Shown: positions 9,692 through 18,797, counted from the first letter of the stretch. The stretch is DNA of 64,000 bases from an uncultured Collinsella sp. (GCA_900541745.1 UQLA01000006.1:17251-81250); one strand, 5' to 3'. Notes: generated by a model from the letters alone, not told the origin. Numbers and translations are program-made.

Positions 9692-9919
9692 TTATTCCTC
9701 CTTGGTCGATTGACTTACCTTATCTTCGAGCTCGCTAAACTCATCAGGATTCATATCCAAGGCCTTGATAATAGCGAGCGCTTTCTGCCATGTTGGATCT
9801 TTTACTCGACCCGTTTGCAACTTTGAAATATAGGATGCATTTACGGTGTCGCTGGCAATGTCTGCTGGCTTTAAGCCTTTTAGCTGTAAGGCTGCGTTCA
9901 TGGCTTCACTGAAAGACAT
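9692..9919 (-). CDS. XRE-family HTH prophage repressor (75 aa)
   Basis: KPADIASDTVNASYISKLQTGRVKDPTW HTH; AGGAGG RBS; divergent from the cro-like gene. Confidence 0.85.
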   Translation of the reverse strand: MSFSEAMNAALQLKGLKPADIASDTVNASYISKLQTGRVKDPTWQKALAIIKALDMNPDEFSELEDKVSQSTKEE

Positions 9920-9953
9920 CGTTCCTCCTATCAACACCGATTATTTTAGCCTT

Positions 9954-10037
9954 TCCAATACGACATTTCCAATATGACAAAAATTTTTCTTGCAAACTGT
10001 CCAATACGACACTACACTGGCAGTGTCCAATACGACA
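9954..10037. promoter_or_regulatory. Lysis/lysogeny switch: four operators and a rightward promoter
   Basis: TCCAATA(C/T)GACA at 9954, 9968, 10000 and 10026. TTGCAA(9990)-N17-TACACT(10013). Confidence 0.85.
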
Positions 10038-10054
10038 GAACAGGAGGTGAGCGC

Positions 10055-10246
10055 ATGGACAAAATTACCGAAAAGGTTGGAGGATGGCTTCAGCGCCCTG
10101 GCAATACAAAAAAGAAAATGGCCGCTGAGCTTGGGATTACACCTGATTCGCTTACTAACAAGCTGACTGGCGAGACGCCGTGGCTTTGGCTGGAGGTTAG
10201 GAAGATCGCATCAATCATTGGGTGCAAGATTTCCGACTTTTGCTAG
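10055..10246 (+). CDS. Cro-like HTH protein
   Basis: KKKMAAELGITPDSLTNKLTGETPW HTH; AGGAGGT RBS. Confidence 0.85.
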   Translation: MDKITEKVGGWLQRPGNTKKKMAAELGITPDSLTNKLTGETPWLWLEVRKIASIIGCKISDFC

Positions 10247-10289
10247 CCAAACCAAACGACTCCCAAAAGGCAAAGGGAAGGAGGAATGG

Positions 10290-10430
10290 ATGCCTGACTG
10301 GCAGTTCTGGGCAATCGCCTCTTGGTTCCTAGCGATCTTTTTCAGAATCGATCGAATCTACGATTCCGTTAAAGAGATCAAGCGCGACCTCGCCAAGCAG
10401 GTTAAGCGGGGAGGAGGAAGAGATGCCTGA
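10290..10430 (+). CDS. Small membrane peptide (46 aa)
   Basis: AGGAGG RBS; MPDWQFWAIASWFLAIFFRIDRI. Confidence 0.6.
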   Translation: MPDWQFWAIASWFLAIFFRIDRIYDSVKEIKRDLAKQVKRGGGRDA

Positions 10431-10575
10431 CACGATCCAATGGACGCTCAACTTCTGTGCCGGCATGTGCGTGGCCCTGTTATTTGAGGCTGTCCGCATT
10501 CAGATAAAAGTCGACGACATAGAAAAGCGTCTCATCCCCCAAGACCAGAAAGAAGGAGAAGGAAATGTCGATTGA
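10423..10575 (+). CDS. Small membrane peptide (50 aa), not in ORF track
   Basis: GGAGGAGG RBS; MPDTIQWTLNFCAGMCVALLFEAVRIQIKVDDIEKRL; overlaps both neighbours. Confidence 0.6.
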   Translation: MPDTIQWTLNFCAGMCVALLFEAVRIQIKVDDIEKRLIPQDQKEGEGNVD

Positions 10576-10702
10576 GGAGCTTGAGAAGCGCGAGCGCGAT
10601 GCTTACGAGGCTTTCATGGAGGCAGACTGGATGCACGTCGACATGCGACTGAACGAGTGGCTGGATGCCGCCCATGAGCTTAACGAGGCGATGGGGCTGT
10701 GA
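10565..10702 (+). CDS. Small acidic protein (45 aa), not in ORF track
   Basis: GGAGAAGG RBS; MSIEELEKRERDAYEAFMEADWMHVDMRLNEWLDAAHELNEAMGL. Confidence 0.65.
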   Translation: MSIEELEKRERDAYEAFMEADWMHVDMRLNEWLDAAHELNEAMGL

Positions 10703-10815
10703 TTGCCGATTGGTTCGAGCGCCATCCGATTGTCGGTTTCGGGCTTTTCTACACGGGCTTCAGGGCTGCAGAGATTTTCATCACGACTCTGTTGAATGAG
10801 GCGAACAGGCTGTGA
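10699..10815 (+). CDS. Small hydrophobic peptide (38 aa)
   Basis: GTGA stop/start overlap; MIADWFERHPIVGFGLFYTGFRAAEIFITTLLNEANRL. Confidence 0.5.
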   Translation: MIADWFERHPIVGFGLFYTGFRAAEIFITTLLNEANRL

Positions 10816-10934
10816 GGCGCAGGTCTCCAGACTTTGAGAAGGGCTTCAACTACTGCCTGTTTCTCAACGTCATCGTACTTTTAGCCGTCCTACTCCTCGT
10901 GCTTTTGGTCAAAGCCCTAGAAGGATGCTTATGA
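10812..10934 (+). CDS. Small membrane peptide (40 aa)
   Basis: GTGA overlap; MRRRSPDFEKGFNYCLFLNVIVLLAVLLLVLLVKALEGCL. Confidence 0.5.
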   Translation: MRRRSPDFEKGFNYCLFLNVIVLLAVLLLVLLVKALEGCL

Positions 10935-11551
10935 GCTTGAGTATGGCCGCTTCGTAAATGAGCGAAACCGCCACCCTCAGCAACCGTGGAATTCTATTCC
11001 AGACCATTTCGCAGAAATCCGCGAAGTCATTGCGCTGGTAGATAGCGCACTGCTGTTCATCCGCTACGTACCCGTCTCCATCGGCGTCGGGCTTTCTGGC
11101 CTTCTCCTTGACGCCGATCGCAAGGCGGTACCTGTGTCGCCGGCAGGCAACCCCAGGCGACATGGAACGCAGCACACCCATATCAAGCTGTTCCGCCTGA
11201 CGAGACGGGCGCGTAGCGGATGAATGGAGCGACCTTTGATAACCGCATCCGCCATTTGCCGTGAGCAGGGGGAGCCTGTGACGGCTGCAATGGCTCGGCA
11301 GCTGGCTCCGTTGAAAAGCCAGACAGTCAGGTGCGATGCCTGGCACAGGCAAGTCTCAGCGCCATGTGGTGCGCATCCGCTATCAACTCGTCGTAGACGT
11401 CTCGATAGTTCTCTGCCCGTCCGTTACCGCCAGGATGTGCACCTCAAGGCGCTGAGAAAAGAAGAGTGGCTCCGAGAACACTCCTTTGAATTGGAACGCA
11501 GGGGAGTGAAAAGGGAGCCACAGGCAAACACCCACTAAAGGAGGTGGACGC

Positions 11552-11881
11552 ATGAATCATACCAAAAGCGCCTGGGTCAATCCGCTCAGCGAGTTCCAGC
11601 AGACCATGGATGCGGCGGCGGAGAAGTTGCGCAATCAGCTCGAAGACCTCGAACCGTACTGCGGATCGCAGGCGCTCAAGTTCGCCGTCAGGGCGGGTCT
11701 GCAACCGCAGATGGCATACACGGTCTCCGAGACGTCCAAGTATACGGGGGTCTCGGCAAGCACCCTTTATGCGGAGAACAAGGCTGGACGATTGCCGTTC
11801 AAGACAATCGGCAGCAGGAATGCGCTCATAAGAGTGGTCGATGTCGACAAGTGGATGGAGGGACGCTCCGATGGCCGTTAG
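11552..11881 (+). CDS. Excisionase-like winged HTH protein
   Basis: AYTVSETSKYTGVSASTLY...GRLP...IRVVDVDKWM Xis/MerR-like pattern; AAGGAGGT RBS. Confidence 0.8.
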   Translation: MNHTKSAWVNPLSEFQQTMDAAAEKLRNQLEDLEPYCGSQALKFAVRAGLQPQMAYTVSETSKYTGVSASTLYAENKAGRLPFKTIGSRNALIRVVDVDKWMEGRSDGR

Positions 11882-12020
11882 GATTTTCGATTTCCTTTCG
11901 GACCGCTGGATGCGGCTCAACCCGAAGCTGCGCAACGCCATCGTCTCGACCGTCCTCATCGCGGGGCTGATCTTCGCGGGATGGCTCGAGGGCACCGCTC
12001 CGAGCGGCATGTACTACTAG
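11871..12020 (+). CDS. Small membrane peptide (49 aa)
   Basis: GGAGG RBS; contains NAIVSTVLIAGLIFAGWLEG. Confidence 0.55.
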   Translation: MAVRIFDFLSDRWMRLNPKLRNAIVSTVLIAGLIFAGWLEGTAPSGMYY

Positions 12021-12029
12021 GAGGTGCCG

Positions 12030-12236
12030 ATGGTCGGCTTCTTTGGATGGACCGCCGAGCGCGGTCGAGACGGCAGCTGGTTCGCGACCAAGTTTGTCGA
12101 GAAGGGCCCAACGAGGGGCAGCGCGACCGGAATCGTCCGCTCGCGCCACCTGCTGGCCGACGTCAGCAAGGCCGCGAACAAGGAAGCTGCGATGCGTGAG
12201 ATCAAGCGTCTCTACGTAATCGGAGCGCTGCAATGA
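12030..12236 (+). CDS. Hypothetical phage protein
   Basis: AGGAGG RBS; ATGA overlap with the next gene. Confidence 0.6.
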   Translation: MVGFFGWTAERGRDGSWFATKFVEKGPTRGSATGIVRSRHLLADVSKAANKEAAMREIKRLYVIGALQ

Positions 12237-12751
12237 CGGAACCGACCGAAAACAATGGAGAAAATGTGGAATCGGTGGTAGTTGTCCCTCGCAAAAGGGA
12301 CAACTCATATTTCTGGCGCTCTGACGAGGACAGATACATCAGGACGCACAGGATGGACGGCTATCTGCTGCTGTCGGAGATGATGACAGGCCGCGGATGG
12401 CCGAGGTCTCCCGAAGCCATCAAGAAGCACGCCAAGAGGGTGCTCGGAATCAACCTGAGCAAATACCCCGAATCGGGGATGCACCGCTGCATCTCGTGCG
12501 GGAAGTGGGATGTGCGCCCCAACTCCCATGCCGGGCGGATGGGGCTTTGCCCCGCCTGCTGGAGACGAAGGCAGGCGGAAGCCATCCGCGAGGGCATGGA
12601 CGAGAAGAAGGCCGAGGCCGAGTACCAGAGGGAAAAGAAGCGCAGGCGCGATGCGAGAAAGCGCCTGCAACGAGAGAAGGAAAAGAACAATGGAAAAGAC
12701 TGTGGAACAGGTTCAGGCGAAGCCGGAGCCCGTGAAGATCTCGGCGCTTGA
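12233..12751 (+). CDS. Putative DNA-binding protein (Myb-like helix motif plus CxxC zinc finger)
   Basis: WRSDEDRYI...RSPEAIKKHAKRVLG, CISCG...CPAC, basic C-terminal helix. Confidence 0.6.
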   Translation: MTEPTENNGENVESVVVVPRKRDNSYFWRSDEDRYIRTHRMDGYLLLSEMMTGRGWPRSPEAIKKHAKRVLGINLSKYPESGMHRCISCGKWDVRPNSHAGRMGLCPACWRRRQAEAIREGMDEKKAEAEYQREKKRRRDARKRLQREKEKNNGKDCGTGSGEAGAREDLGA

Positions 12752-14099
12752 GCTCGAGAACGTCAAGCGCATCAGGGCCGTGGCACTGCGCCCGACCGAG
12801 AACGGCCTGACCGTCATCGGCGGTCGCAACGGTCAGGGCAAGACTAGCGTGGTCGATGCAATCTCGTGGGCGCTCGGCGGTAAGCGCAAGCAGCCGTCCA
12901 AGCCAAATCGCGAGGGCAGCGCGACACCGGCGAAACTCCACGTTGAGCTGAGCAACGGCCTCGTGGTCGAGCGCTCGGGCAAGAACGCATCGCTCACCGT
13001 GACCGACCCATCAGGCAAGAAGGCAGGCCAGAAGCTTCTCGACAGCTTCATCGAGGAGCTTGCAATCGACCTGCCGAAGTTCATGGTCATGACCGACAAC
13101 GAGAAGGCGCAGGAGCTGCTGCGAATCATCGGAATCGGCGGCGAGCTGGATGAGCTGGACAAGAAGCTGAACGCCCTGAAGGCTGAGCGTCTCGATATCG
13201 GTCAGCGCAAGCGCGCCAAGGACAAGATCGCAGAGGAGATGCCGTTCTTCCCTGATGCTCCCGACCACCGCGTGTCGCCTGCCGAGCTCATCGAGCAGCA
13301 GCAGGCAATCCTCGCGAAGAACGGCGAGAACCAGCGCAAGCGCGAGAAGGTCGGCATCATCAAGCAGCAGCGCGACAACCTGAACGTGCTGTGCGATAGC
13401 CTGAACACCCAGATCATGTCGCTCAACGAGGAGCTGAAACGCAAGACCGAAGAGCTGATGAAGCTCACCGAGGACTACCAGACCGCGCTCAAGGATGCAG
13501 CCGACCTCGAGGACGAGAAGACCGATGAGATCGAGCAGAGCATCGCCAACATCGATGCGCTCAACCAGAAGGTCGAGGCGAACGAGCGCCGCAAGCAGGC
13601 GCTCAAGGATGCCGAGTCGCTCGGCGACGACTACCAGAGCTGCAACAGCGAGGTCAATGCGGTCGAGAACCAGCGCAAGAAGCTGCTCGAGACCGCCAAG
13701 ATGCCACTGGACGGCCTGACGGTCGAGGACGGCAAGCTGGTGTACAACGGCGCGGTCTGGTCGGACATGAGCGGTGCGGAGCAGCTCCGCGTGGCGACGG
13801 CGGTCGTTCGCTCGCTCAAGCCCGAGTGCGGGTTCGTCCTGGTCGATAAATTGGAACAGATGGACCCGCAGACGCTCGCCGAGTTCGGTGCCTGGGCCGA
13901 GTCCGAGGGCCTTCAGGTCATCGGCACCCGCGTGGCGACCGATGACACCTGCTCGGTCATCATCGAGGACGGGCGCGTGGTCGAGGGCGCCGGGCAGCTG
14001 AAGGCCGAGACGCCTGAGATTAAGGTCGAGATTCCCGATGTAAAGATTCCCGAGGTCAATATTCCCGCCGCCATGACGCAGTTCGGAGGTAGCTTCTAA
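12690..14099 (+). CDS. SMC/Rad50-like coiled-coil ABC-ATPase (phage recombination module)
   Basis: ELENVKRI, GRNGQGKT Walker A, long coiled coil, MSGAEQ signature, VLVDKLE Walker B. Confidence 0.85.
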   Translation: MEKTVEQVQAKPEPVKISALELENVKRIRAVALRPTENGLTVIGGRNGQGKTSVVDAISWALGGKRKQPSKPNREGSATPAKLHVELSNGLVVERSGKNASLTVTDPSGKKAGQKLLDSFIEELAIDLPKFMVMTDNEKAQELLRIIGIGGELDELDKKLNALKAERLDIGQRKRAKDKIAEEMPFFPDAPDHRVSPAELIEQQQAILAKNGENQRKREKVGIIKQQRDNLNVLCDSLNTQIMSLNEELKRKTEELMKLTEDYQTALKDAADLEDEKTDEIEQSIANIDALNQKVEANERRKQALKDAESLGDDYQSCNSEVNAVENQRKKLLETAKMPLDGLTVEDGKLVYNGAVWSDMSGAEQLRVATAVVRSLKPECGFVLVDKLEQMDPQTLAEFGAWAESEGLQVIGTRVATDDTCSVIIEDGRVVEGAGQLKAETPEIKVEIPDVKIPEVNIPAAMTQFGGSF

Positions 14100-15172
14100 T
14101 GACGTTCCAGATCACCCGCGGTCAGCGCCTCCGCCCCCAAAAGGTCGTCATCTACGGCCCCGAGGGCGTCGGCAAGACGACGCTTGCGGCTCAATTCCCA
14201 AGCCCCCTGTTCATCGACACCGAAAGCTCGTCCGACTACCTGGACGTCCCGCGCCTTCCCGCGCCAACGAGCTGGCAGATGCTGCTCGATGAGGTCATGT
14301 GGATTCGCGATTACCCCGAGGAGTGCGGAGGCACACTTGTCTTGGACACTGCCGACTGGGCGCAAAAGCTGGCGGTCGATGACGTGTGCGGTGTCATGGG
14401 CTACAAGAGTATCGAGGACGCGGGCTACGGCAAGGGCTACACCTACGTGACCGAGCGCTTCGGAAAGCTGCTGAACCTGCTGAGCGAGGTGTGCGAGCGC
14501 GGCTGCAACGTGGTCGTGACCGCCCATGCCATCATCAGCAAGTTCGAGCAGCCCGATGAGATGGGGGCCTACGACCGCTGGGGGCTGAAGCTCATCGACG
14601 GCAAGAAGGCCAGCGTCGCGGCGATGCTCAAGGAGTGGGCGGACGCAGTACTCTTCGCCAACTACAAGACCATCGTCATCACCACCAGCAAGGACGGCAA
14701 GGTCGGCAAGGCCCAGGGCGGCAAGAACCGAATGCTCTACTGCTCGCATGCCGCCACGTGGGACGCGAAGAACCGCTGGGGCCTGCCGGACGAGGTCCCC
14801 ATGGAGTACCAGCAGCTGACGCCGTTCATCCCCGTCCCACAGCTCACACGGCAGCAACCGCAGGTGCAGCAGCGGGCGGTCGAGACGGTCAACGTCTCCA
14901 CGGTCACGCCCGAGCAAATCGAGCAGGCGCGAAACATCCCAGACCCGTTCGAGCCTGAGCGCCCGGCATACCTCAAGCCGCTCTACGACCTTATGCAGCG
15001 TGACGGCATAAGTGCGGAGACGGTGAGCGAGGCCATCTTCAAGCGCGGTTATTTCCCCGAGGGCACGCCGGTCGAATCGCTGCCCGAGGATTTCGCAAAC
15101 TTCCTCGTCGCGGTGTGGGACGGGATGCGCGAGTACATCAATTCCGGCATGGCAGCCGGTCGAAAGGAGTAA
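14099..15172 (+). CDS. Sak4-like AAA ATPase (single-strand annealing protein)
   Basis: IYGPEGVGKT, FIDTE, LVLDTADW, GYGKGY, AKNR. Confidence 0.85.
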   Translation: MTFQITRGQRLRPQKVVIYGPEGVGKTTLAAQFPSPLFIDTESSSDYLDVPRLPAPTSWQMLLDEVMWIRDYPEECGGTLVLDTADWAQKLAVDDVCGVMGYKSIEDAGYGKGYTYVTERFGKLLNLLSEVCERGCNVVVTAHAIISKFEQPDEMGAYDRWGLKLIDGKKASVAAMLKEWADAVLFANYKTIVITTSKDGKVGKAQGGKNRMLYCSHAATWDAKNRWGLPDEVPMEYQQLTPFIPVPQLTRQQPQVQQRAVETVNVSTVTPEQIEQARNIPDPFEPERPAYLKPLYDLMQRDGISAETVSEAIFKRGYFPEGTPVESLPEDFANFLVAVWDGMREYINSGMAAGRKE

Positions 15173-15175
15173 GAA

Positions 15176-15712
15176 ATGGCAAACGATATGGGTCAGTCCT
15201 TTGGGTGGGACGGCGAAATCGATGCGGTAGAGAACGAGCTCGAGCTGATGGAGCCCGGCGAGTACTGGGCCACGGTCGAGAACGTAGAGCGCCAGCAATT
15301 CAACGGCAGCGACAAGATGTGCGCCTGCCCCATCGCCAAGGTGAACGTCCGCCTGGACAACGGTCGCGTGCTCTCCGACCGCCTGTTCCTGAATTCCAAG
15401 AGCGCTTGGAAAATCACCCAGTTCTTCGTCTCGATCGGGATGCGAGCGGTCGATGCCCCCAAGGAGCAGAAGCTGAAGATGGATTGGGTCGGCGCGGTCG
15501 GTCGCCGCTGCAAAATCAAAGTCGGCACCCACGAGTACAAGGACAAGACCTACAACGAGATCTCCGAGTGGATGAAGCCCGAGGCGCAGGCCGCAGCACC
15601 CCAGCAGCACGTCTACGGCAACGCCACCCCCGAGCCTGTCTCACCTGCGCTGCAGGGCATGATCAACCAGACCTTCCAGCAGGCTCAGGCTGCGCAGAAC
15701 GGGGGCTTCTAA
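15176..15712 (+). CDS. DUF669-like phage ssDNA-binding protein
   Basis: LMEPGEYWATV...FFVSIG...YNEI; typical partner downstream of Sak4. Confidence 0.7.
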   Translation: MANDMGQSFGWDGEIDAVENELELMEPGEYWATVENVERQQFNGSDKMCACPIAKVNVRLDNGRVLSDRLFLNSKSAWKITQFFVSIGMRAVDAPKEQKLKMDWVGAVGRRCKIKVGTHEYKDKTYNEISEWMKPEAQAAAPQQHVYGNATPEPVSPALQGMINQTFQQAQAAQNGGF

Positions 15713-15715
15713 GGA

Positions 15716-17323
15716 ATGAAGTTCAACCTGCGTCCCTATCAGGAGCAGGCCATAGCCGCAATTGAGGAGCGCTGGGAAGCGGGAGACCGCGCAACGCTCC
15801 TCGTACAGGCAACGGGTACCGGCAAGACAATCGTCATGGCCGGCGTCACAGAGGACGCGGTCCGCGATGGCGGTCGCGTCCTCATTCTTGCCCACCGCGG
15901 CGAGCTGCTCCAACAGGCAGCCGACAAGCTGCAATCATCCACGGGCCTGCGCTGCTCGGTCGAGAAGGCCGAGGACACGAGCGTGGGGACATTCGAGCGC
16001 GTGACGGTCGGATCCGTCCAGACCCTGTGCCGCGAGAAGCGCCTTCGGGCGCTCGGCAGGGACAGGTTCACGCACATCCTCATCGATGAGTGCCATCATG
16101 CCGTCTCATCGAGCTATCAGGCGGTACTCGACTACTTCGCCGGCGCGAAGGTGCTAGGCGTTACCGCCACGGCAGATCGCGGCGACCGCCAGAACCTCGG
16201 CAAGGTATTCGACTCGCTGGCATTCGAGTACAACATGCCCGAGGCCATCAAGGACGGCTACCTGTGCCCGATCAAGGCGCAGACCGTTCCGCTCCAGCTC
16301 GACATCTCAAATGTCTCCGTGCGCTCAGGTGACTGGGCTGCGGACGAGCTGGGCACCGCGCTCGACCCGTACCTGCCGCAGATCGCCCAGGAGATGAAGA
16401 ACGCCGGGCTTGAGGAGCGCAAGACGGTCGTGTTCCTGCCGCTCATCAAGACAAGCCAGAAGTTCTGCCGCCTGCTCAACGAATGCGGATTCCGCGCCGT
16501 AGAGGTCAACGGACAGAGCGAGGACCGCGCCCAAATTCTCAAAGATTTCGATAGCGGTAAGTACGACGTACTGTGTAACTCACTCCTTTTGACCGAGGGT
16601 TGGGATTGCCCGAGCGTCGACTGCATCGTCAACCTTCGACCGACCAAGAGCCGAGCCCTCTTTGCTCAGATAGTGGGTCGTGGCACTCGCCTGTCCCCCG
16701 AGACTGGCAAGACCGACCTGCTGCTGCTCGACTTCCTGTGGATGACCGAACGTTTGGAGTTAGTTCGCCCTGCAGCGCTCGTTACGAGCTCTCGCGAGGT
16801 CGCGCAGAAGATGACCGCCATGGTCGAGCAGGCCGGATGCCCGGTCGACCTGCAGAAGGTCGAGAGCAAGGCATCTGACGAGGTGGTCGCTGAGCGCGAG
16901 GAAGCACTCGCCAAACAGCTCGCCGAGCAGCGTAAGAAGAAGGCCAAGCTGGTCAACCCGCTGCAGTACGAGATGTCCATCGCAGCCGAGGACCTGAGCG
17001 GATACATTCCCGAGTTCGCCTGGGAGATGGCCCCCGCCACAGACAAGCAGAAAGCGGCGCTCGAGAAGTACGGCATCGACGCTTCCGAGATTTCAAACGC
17101 CGGCAAGGCGTCGAAGCTGCTCGACCGCGTGAAGAAGCGCCGCGATAGCGGACTCAGCTCGCCCAAGCAAATCCGTCTGCTCGAGCGTCGAGGATTCAAG
17201 CATGTCGGCACGTGGTCGATGGAAGCCGCAAGCTCGATGATCTCGCGAATCAGTGCGAGCGGATGGCGAATCCCGAGCGGCGTGAACCCTGCGACGTACG
17301 TACCGAATGAAAGGAATGAATAA
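15716..17323 (+). CDS. SF2 DEAD/DEAH-box helicase
   Basis: LRPYQ, TGTGKT, DECHH, TATADR, LTEGWD, QIVGRGTR. Confidence 0.92.
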   Translation: MKFNLRPYQEQAIAAIEERWEAGDRATLLVQATGTGKTIVMAGVTEDAVRDGGRVLILAHRGELLQQAADKLQSSTGLRCSVEKAEDTSVGTFERVTVGSVQTLCREKRLRALGRDRFTHILIDECHHAVSSSYQAVLDYFAGAKVLGVTATADRGDRQNLGKVFDSLAFEYNMPEAIKDGYLCPIKAQTVPLQLDISNVSVRSGDWAADELGTALDPYLPQIAQEMKNAGLEERKTVVFLPLIKTSQKFCRLLNECGFRAVEVNGQSEDRAQILKDFDSGKYDVLCNSLLLTEGWDCPSVDCIVNLRPTKSRALFAQIVGRGTRLSPETGKTDLLLLDFLWMTERLELVRPAALVTSSREVAQKMTAMVEQAGCPVDLQKVESKASDEVVAEREEALAKQLAEQRKKKAKLVNPLQYEMSIAAEDLSGYIPEFAWEMAPATDKQKAALEKYGIDASEISNAGKASKLLDRVKKRRDSGLSSPKQIRLLERRGFKHVGTWSMEAASSMISRISASGWRIPSGVNPATYVPNERNE

Positions 17324-17324
17324 G

Positions 17325-17708
17325 ATGGCAATTTGGCTGCCGATGGATGCGAACGGTCAAATCATCCCACTCGACACGACCATGATGTACCGCGAGAACG
17401 GTAACCAGTTTCACGTAGCTGATCTCTTCTTTGAGGCGAGACCCGGCAGATGGCTCGCGCGAAGTGGAATTGAGTGCATCGAGACCAACAAGTTGTATCT
17501 CGACCCATCTGAAAAAGATAGCTTGGAGAAGCTGGCGGCTGATATAGACAGGACTCTTAATCACCCCCAAGGACTTGTCTGCGCATATGCCAACCGCAAA
17601 AGGCGCGAGTGCAATGGCTGCAAGCTTAGCGGGCATCTAAGTTGTCTCAAGGCTTTCACGAGCGACATTTCGTCCCGCGTCCACCGTTTGGCTGGTGATG
17701 CAGAATGA
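17325..17708 (+). CDS. Paralog family A, copy 1 (Cys-rich hypothetical)
   Basis: LPMDANGQIIPLDT...DSLEKLAADI...CNGC...SRVHRLAGD. Confidence 0.75.
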   Translation: MAIWLPMDANGQIIPLDTTMMYRENGNQFHVADLFFEARPGRWLARSGIECIETNKLYLDPSEKDSLEKLAADIDRTLNHPQGLVCAYANRKRRECNGCKLSGHLSCLKAFTSDISSRVHRLAGDAE

Positions 17709-18133
17709 ACATCGCGCTACCCAAAGATGCCGAAGGGCGTGAGATTCCGCTTGATACCGTCGCCCTATATGACGATAGCGGCAACGTCCACAGCATCCGC
17801 CGATTCATTTACACGAACGACTTTGACTTAGGCGACAAGTGGATAAACAGCTGGGTCATGGTCGTAGATGACTATAAAGTTGCCAAACCGGAGCAAATGC
17901 ACCTCACCAAGCCGGACAGCCTCAAGCAGCTCGCGGAAGACCTCAACCGTGCGTGGGATGCTTGCAATGTACACGGCAAAGGCTACAGGGACATGTCGTG
18001 CCACTACGACAAGGACCGTGGCGAGTACTGCAACGATTGCCGATTGAACAGCCACGGGAAGATGATGTGCTTCGATGCCATGATGGCCGACATCATCTCG
18101 CGCGTGAACCGACTGGCAGGTGATTCCGAATGA
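17705..18133 (+). CDS. Paralog family A, copy 2
   Basis: LPKDAEGREIPLDT...DSLKQLAEDL...CNDC...SRVNRLAGD. Confidence 0.8.
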   Translation: MNIALPKDAEGREIPLDTVALYDDSGNVHSIRRFIYTNDFDLGDKWINSWVMVVDDYKVAKPEQMHLTKPDSLKQLAEDLNRAWDACNVHGKGYRDMSCHYDKDRGEYCNDCRLNSHGKMMCFDAMMADIISRVNRLAGDSE

Positions 18134-18540
18134 TTGAGCTACCCAAGGATGCCGATGGGCGTGAGATTCCGCTGGATACCAAGGTCTTGTACAACGAGGA
18201 CGGCAAGTGTCTCAAGGTCAACCACTTTACCTATTCTGTGGTACAGACGATGCCCGGCCTAAAGTTGGGCGTCGTGTTCATGAATTGCCGATATGACTAT
18301 TGCAGTTCCTTCTACCTCACGCCACCGGAACCGCCCGACAGCTGGGAGAGGCTAGAAGAGGACTTGGGAAGAGCGGCGGAACGCGATGCTATTACCTCGC
18401 ACTGTCGATACTTCAACACCACCAACAGATGCGCCAATTGTCCGATTCACAACGACATTGGCGGCTGCACGCATAAAGACGAGCGCGCGTTCGGGGACAT
18501 TCTCGACCGCATCCGCAAGCTGAGGTGTAAGAGTCGATGA
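18130..18540 (+). CDS. Paralog family A, copy 3
   Basis: LPKDADGREIPLDT...DSWERLEEDL...CANC...DRIRKL. Confidence 0.8.
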   Translation: MIELPKDADGREIPLDTKVLYNEDGKCLKVNHFTYSVVQTMPGLKLGVVFMNCRYDYCSSFYLTPPEPPDSWERLEEDLGRAAERDAITSHCRYFNTTNRCANCPIHNDIGGCTHKDERAFGDILDRIRKLRCKSR

Positions 18541-18797
18541 ACATGACACCCTGCTTCATTTCCGAAATGCCCGGGGAAAAGACGAAGGCACTACTTATCG
18601 GCTTCTACCAGAAAGCGTGGACGCATGATGCATCGCCCCTAATCGGGGGATTTCCCGCCGGGCAAATCGCGTACCCGGTCGCGGTCGTGCTGCTCGAATC
18701 TGGCGATGTTGTTACCGTAAACGCTGAAAACGTGACCATCGACTCACCCGCAGGGCTGTTTGAGCAGTACGCATGGATTGATGGTGAGGACGAATGA
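18537..18797 (+). CDS. Hypothetical phage protein
   Basis: ATGA overlaps on both sides. Confidence 0.7.
   Translation: MNMTPCFISEMPGEKTKALLIGFYQKAWTHDASPLIGGFPAGQIAYPVAVVLLESGDVVTVNAENVTIDSPAGLFEQYAWIDGEDE

Noticed and set aside
9954..10037. Mini CRISPR-like array
   Set aside because: Repeats are only 12-14 bp with 2-20 nt gaps, overlap a promoter, and no cas genes are present; better explained as operators.
11224..11538. 104-aa + strand ORF
   Set aside because: No clear RBS, atypical composition and no motif; not supported as a gene.
12510..12689. Long N-terminal extensions in the ORF track (12510, 23553, 26024, 27310, 34648, 50706, 7291, 8943 and others)
   Set aside because: Downstream starts have RBSs or stop/start coupling; the extensions overlap other genes or regulatory DNA.
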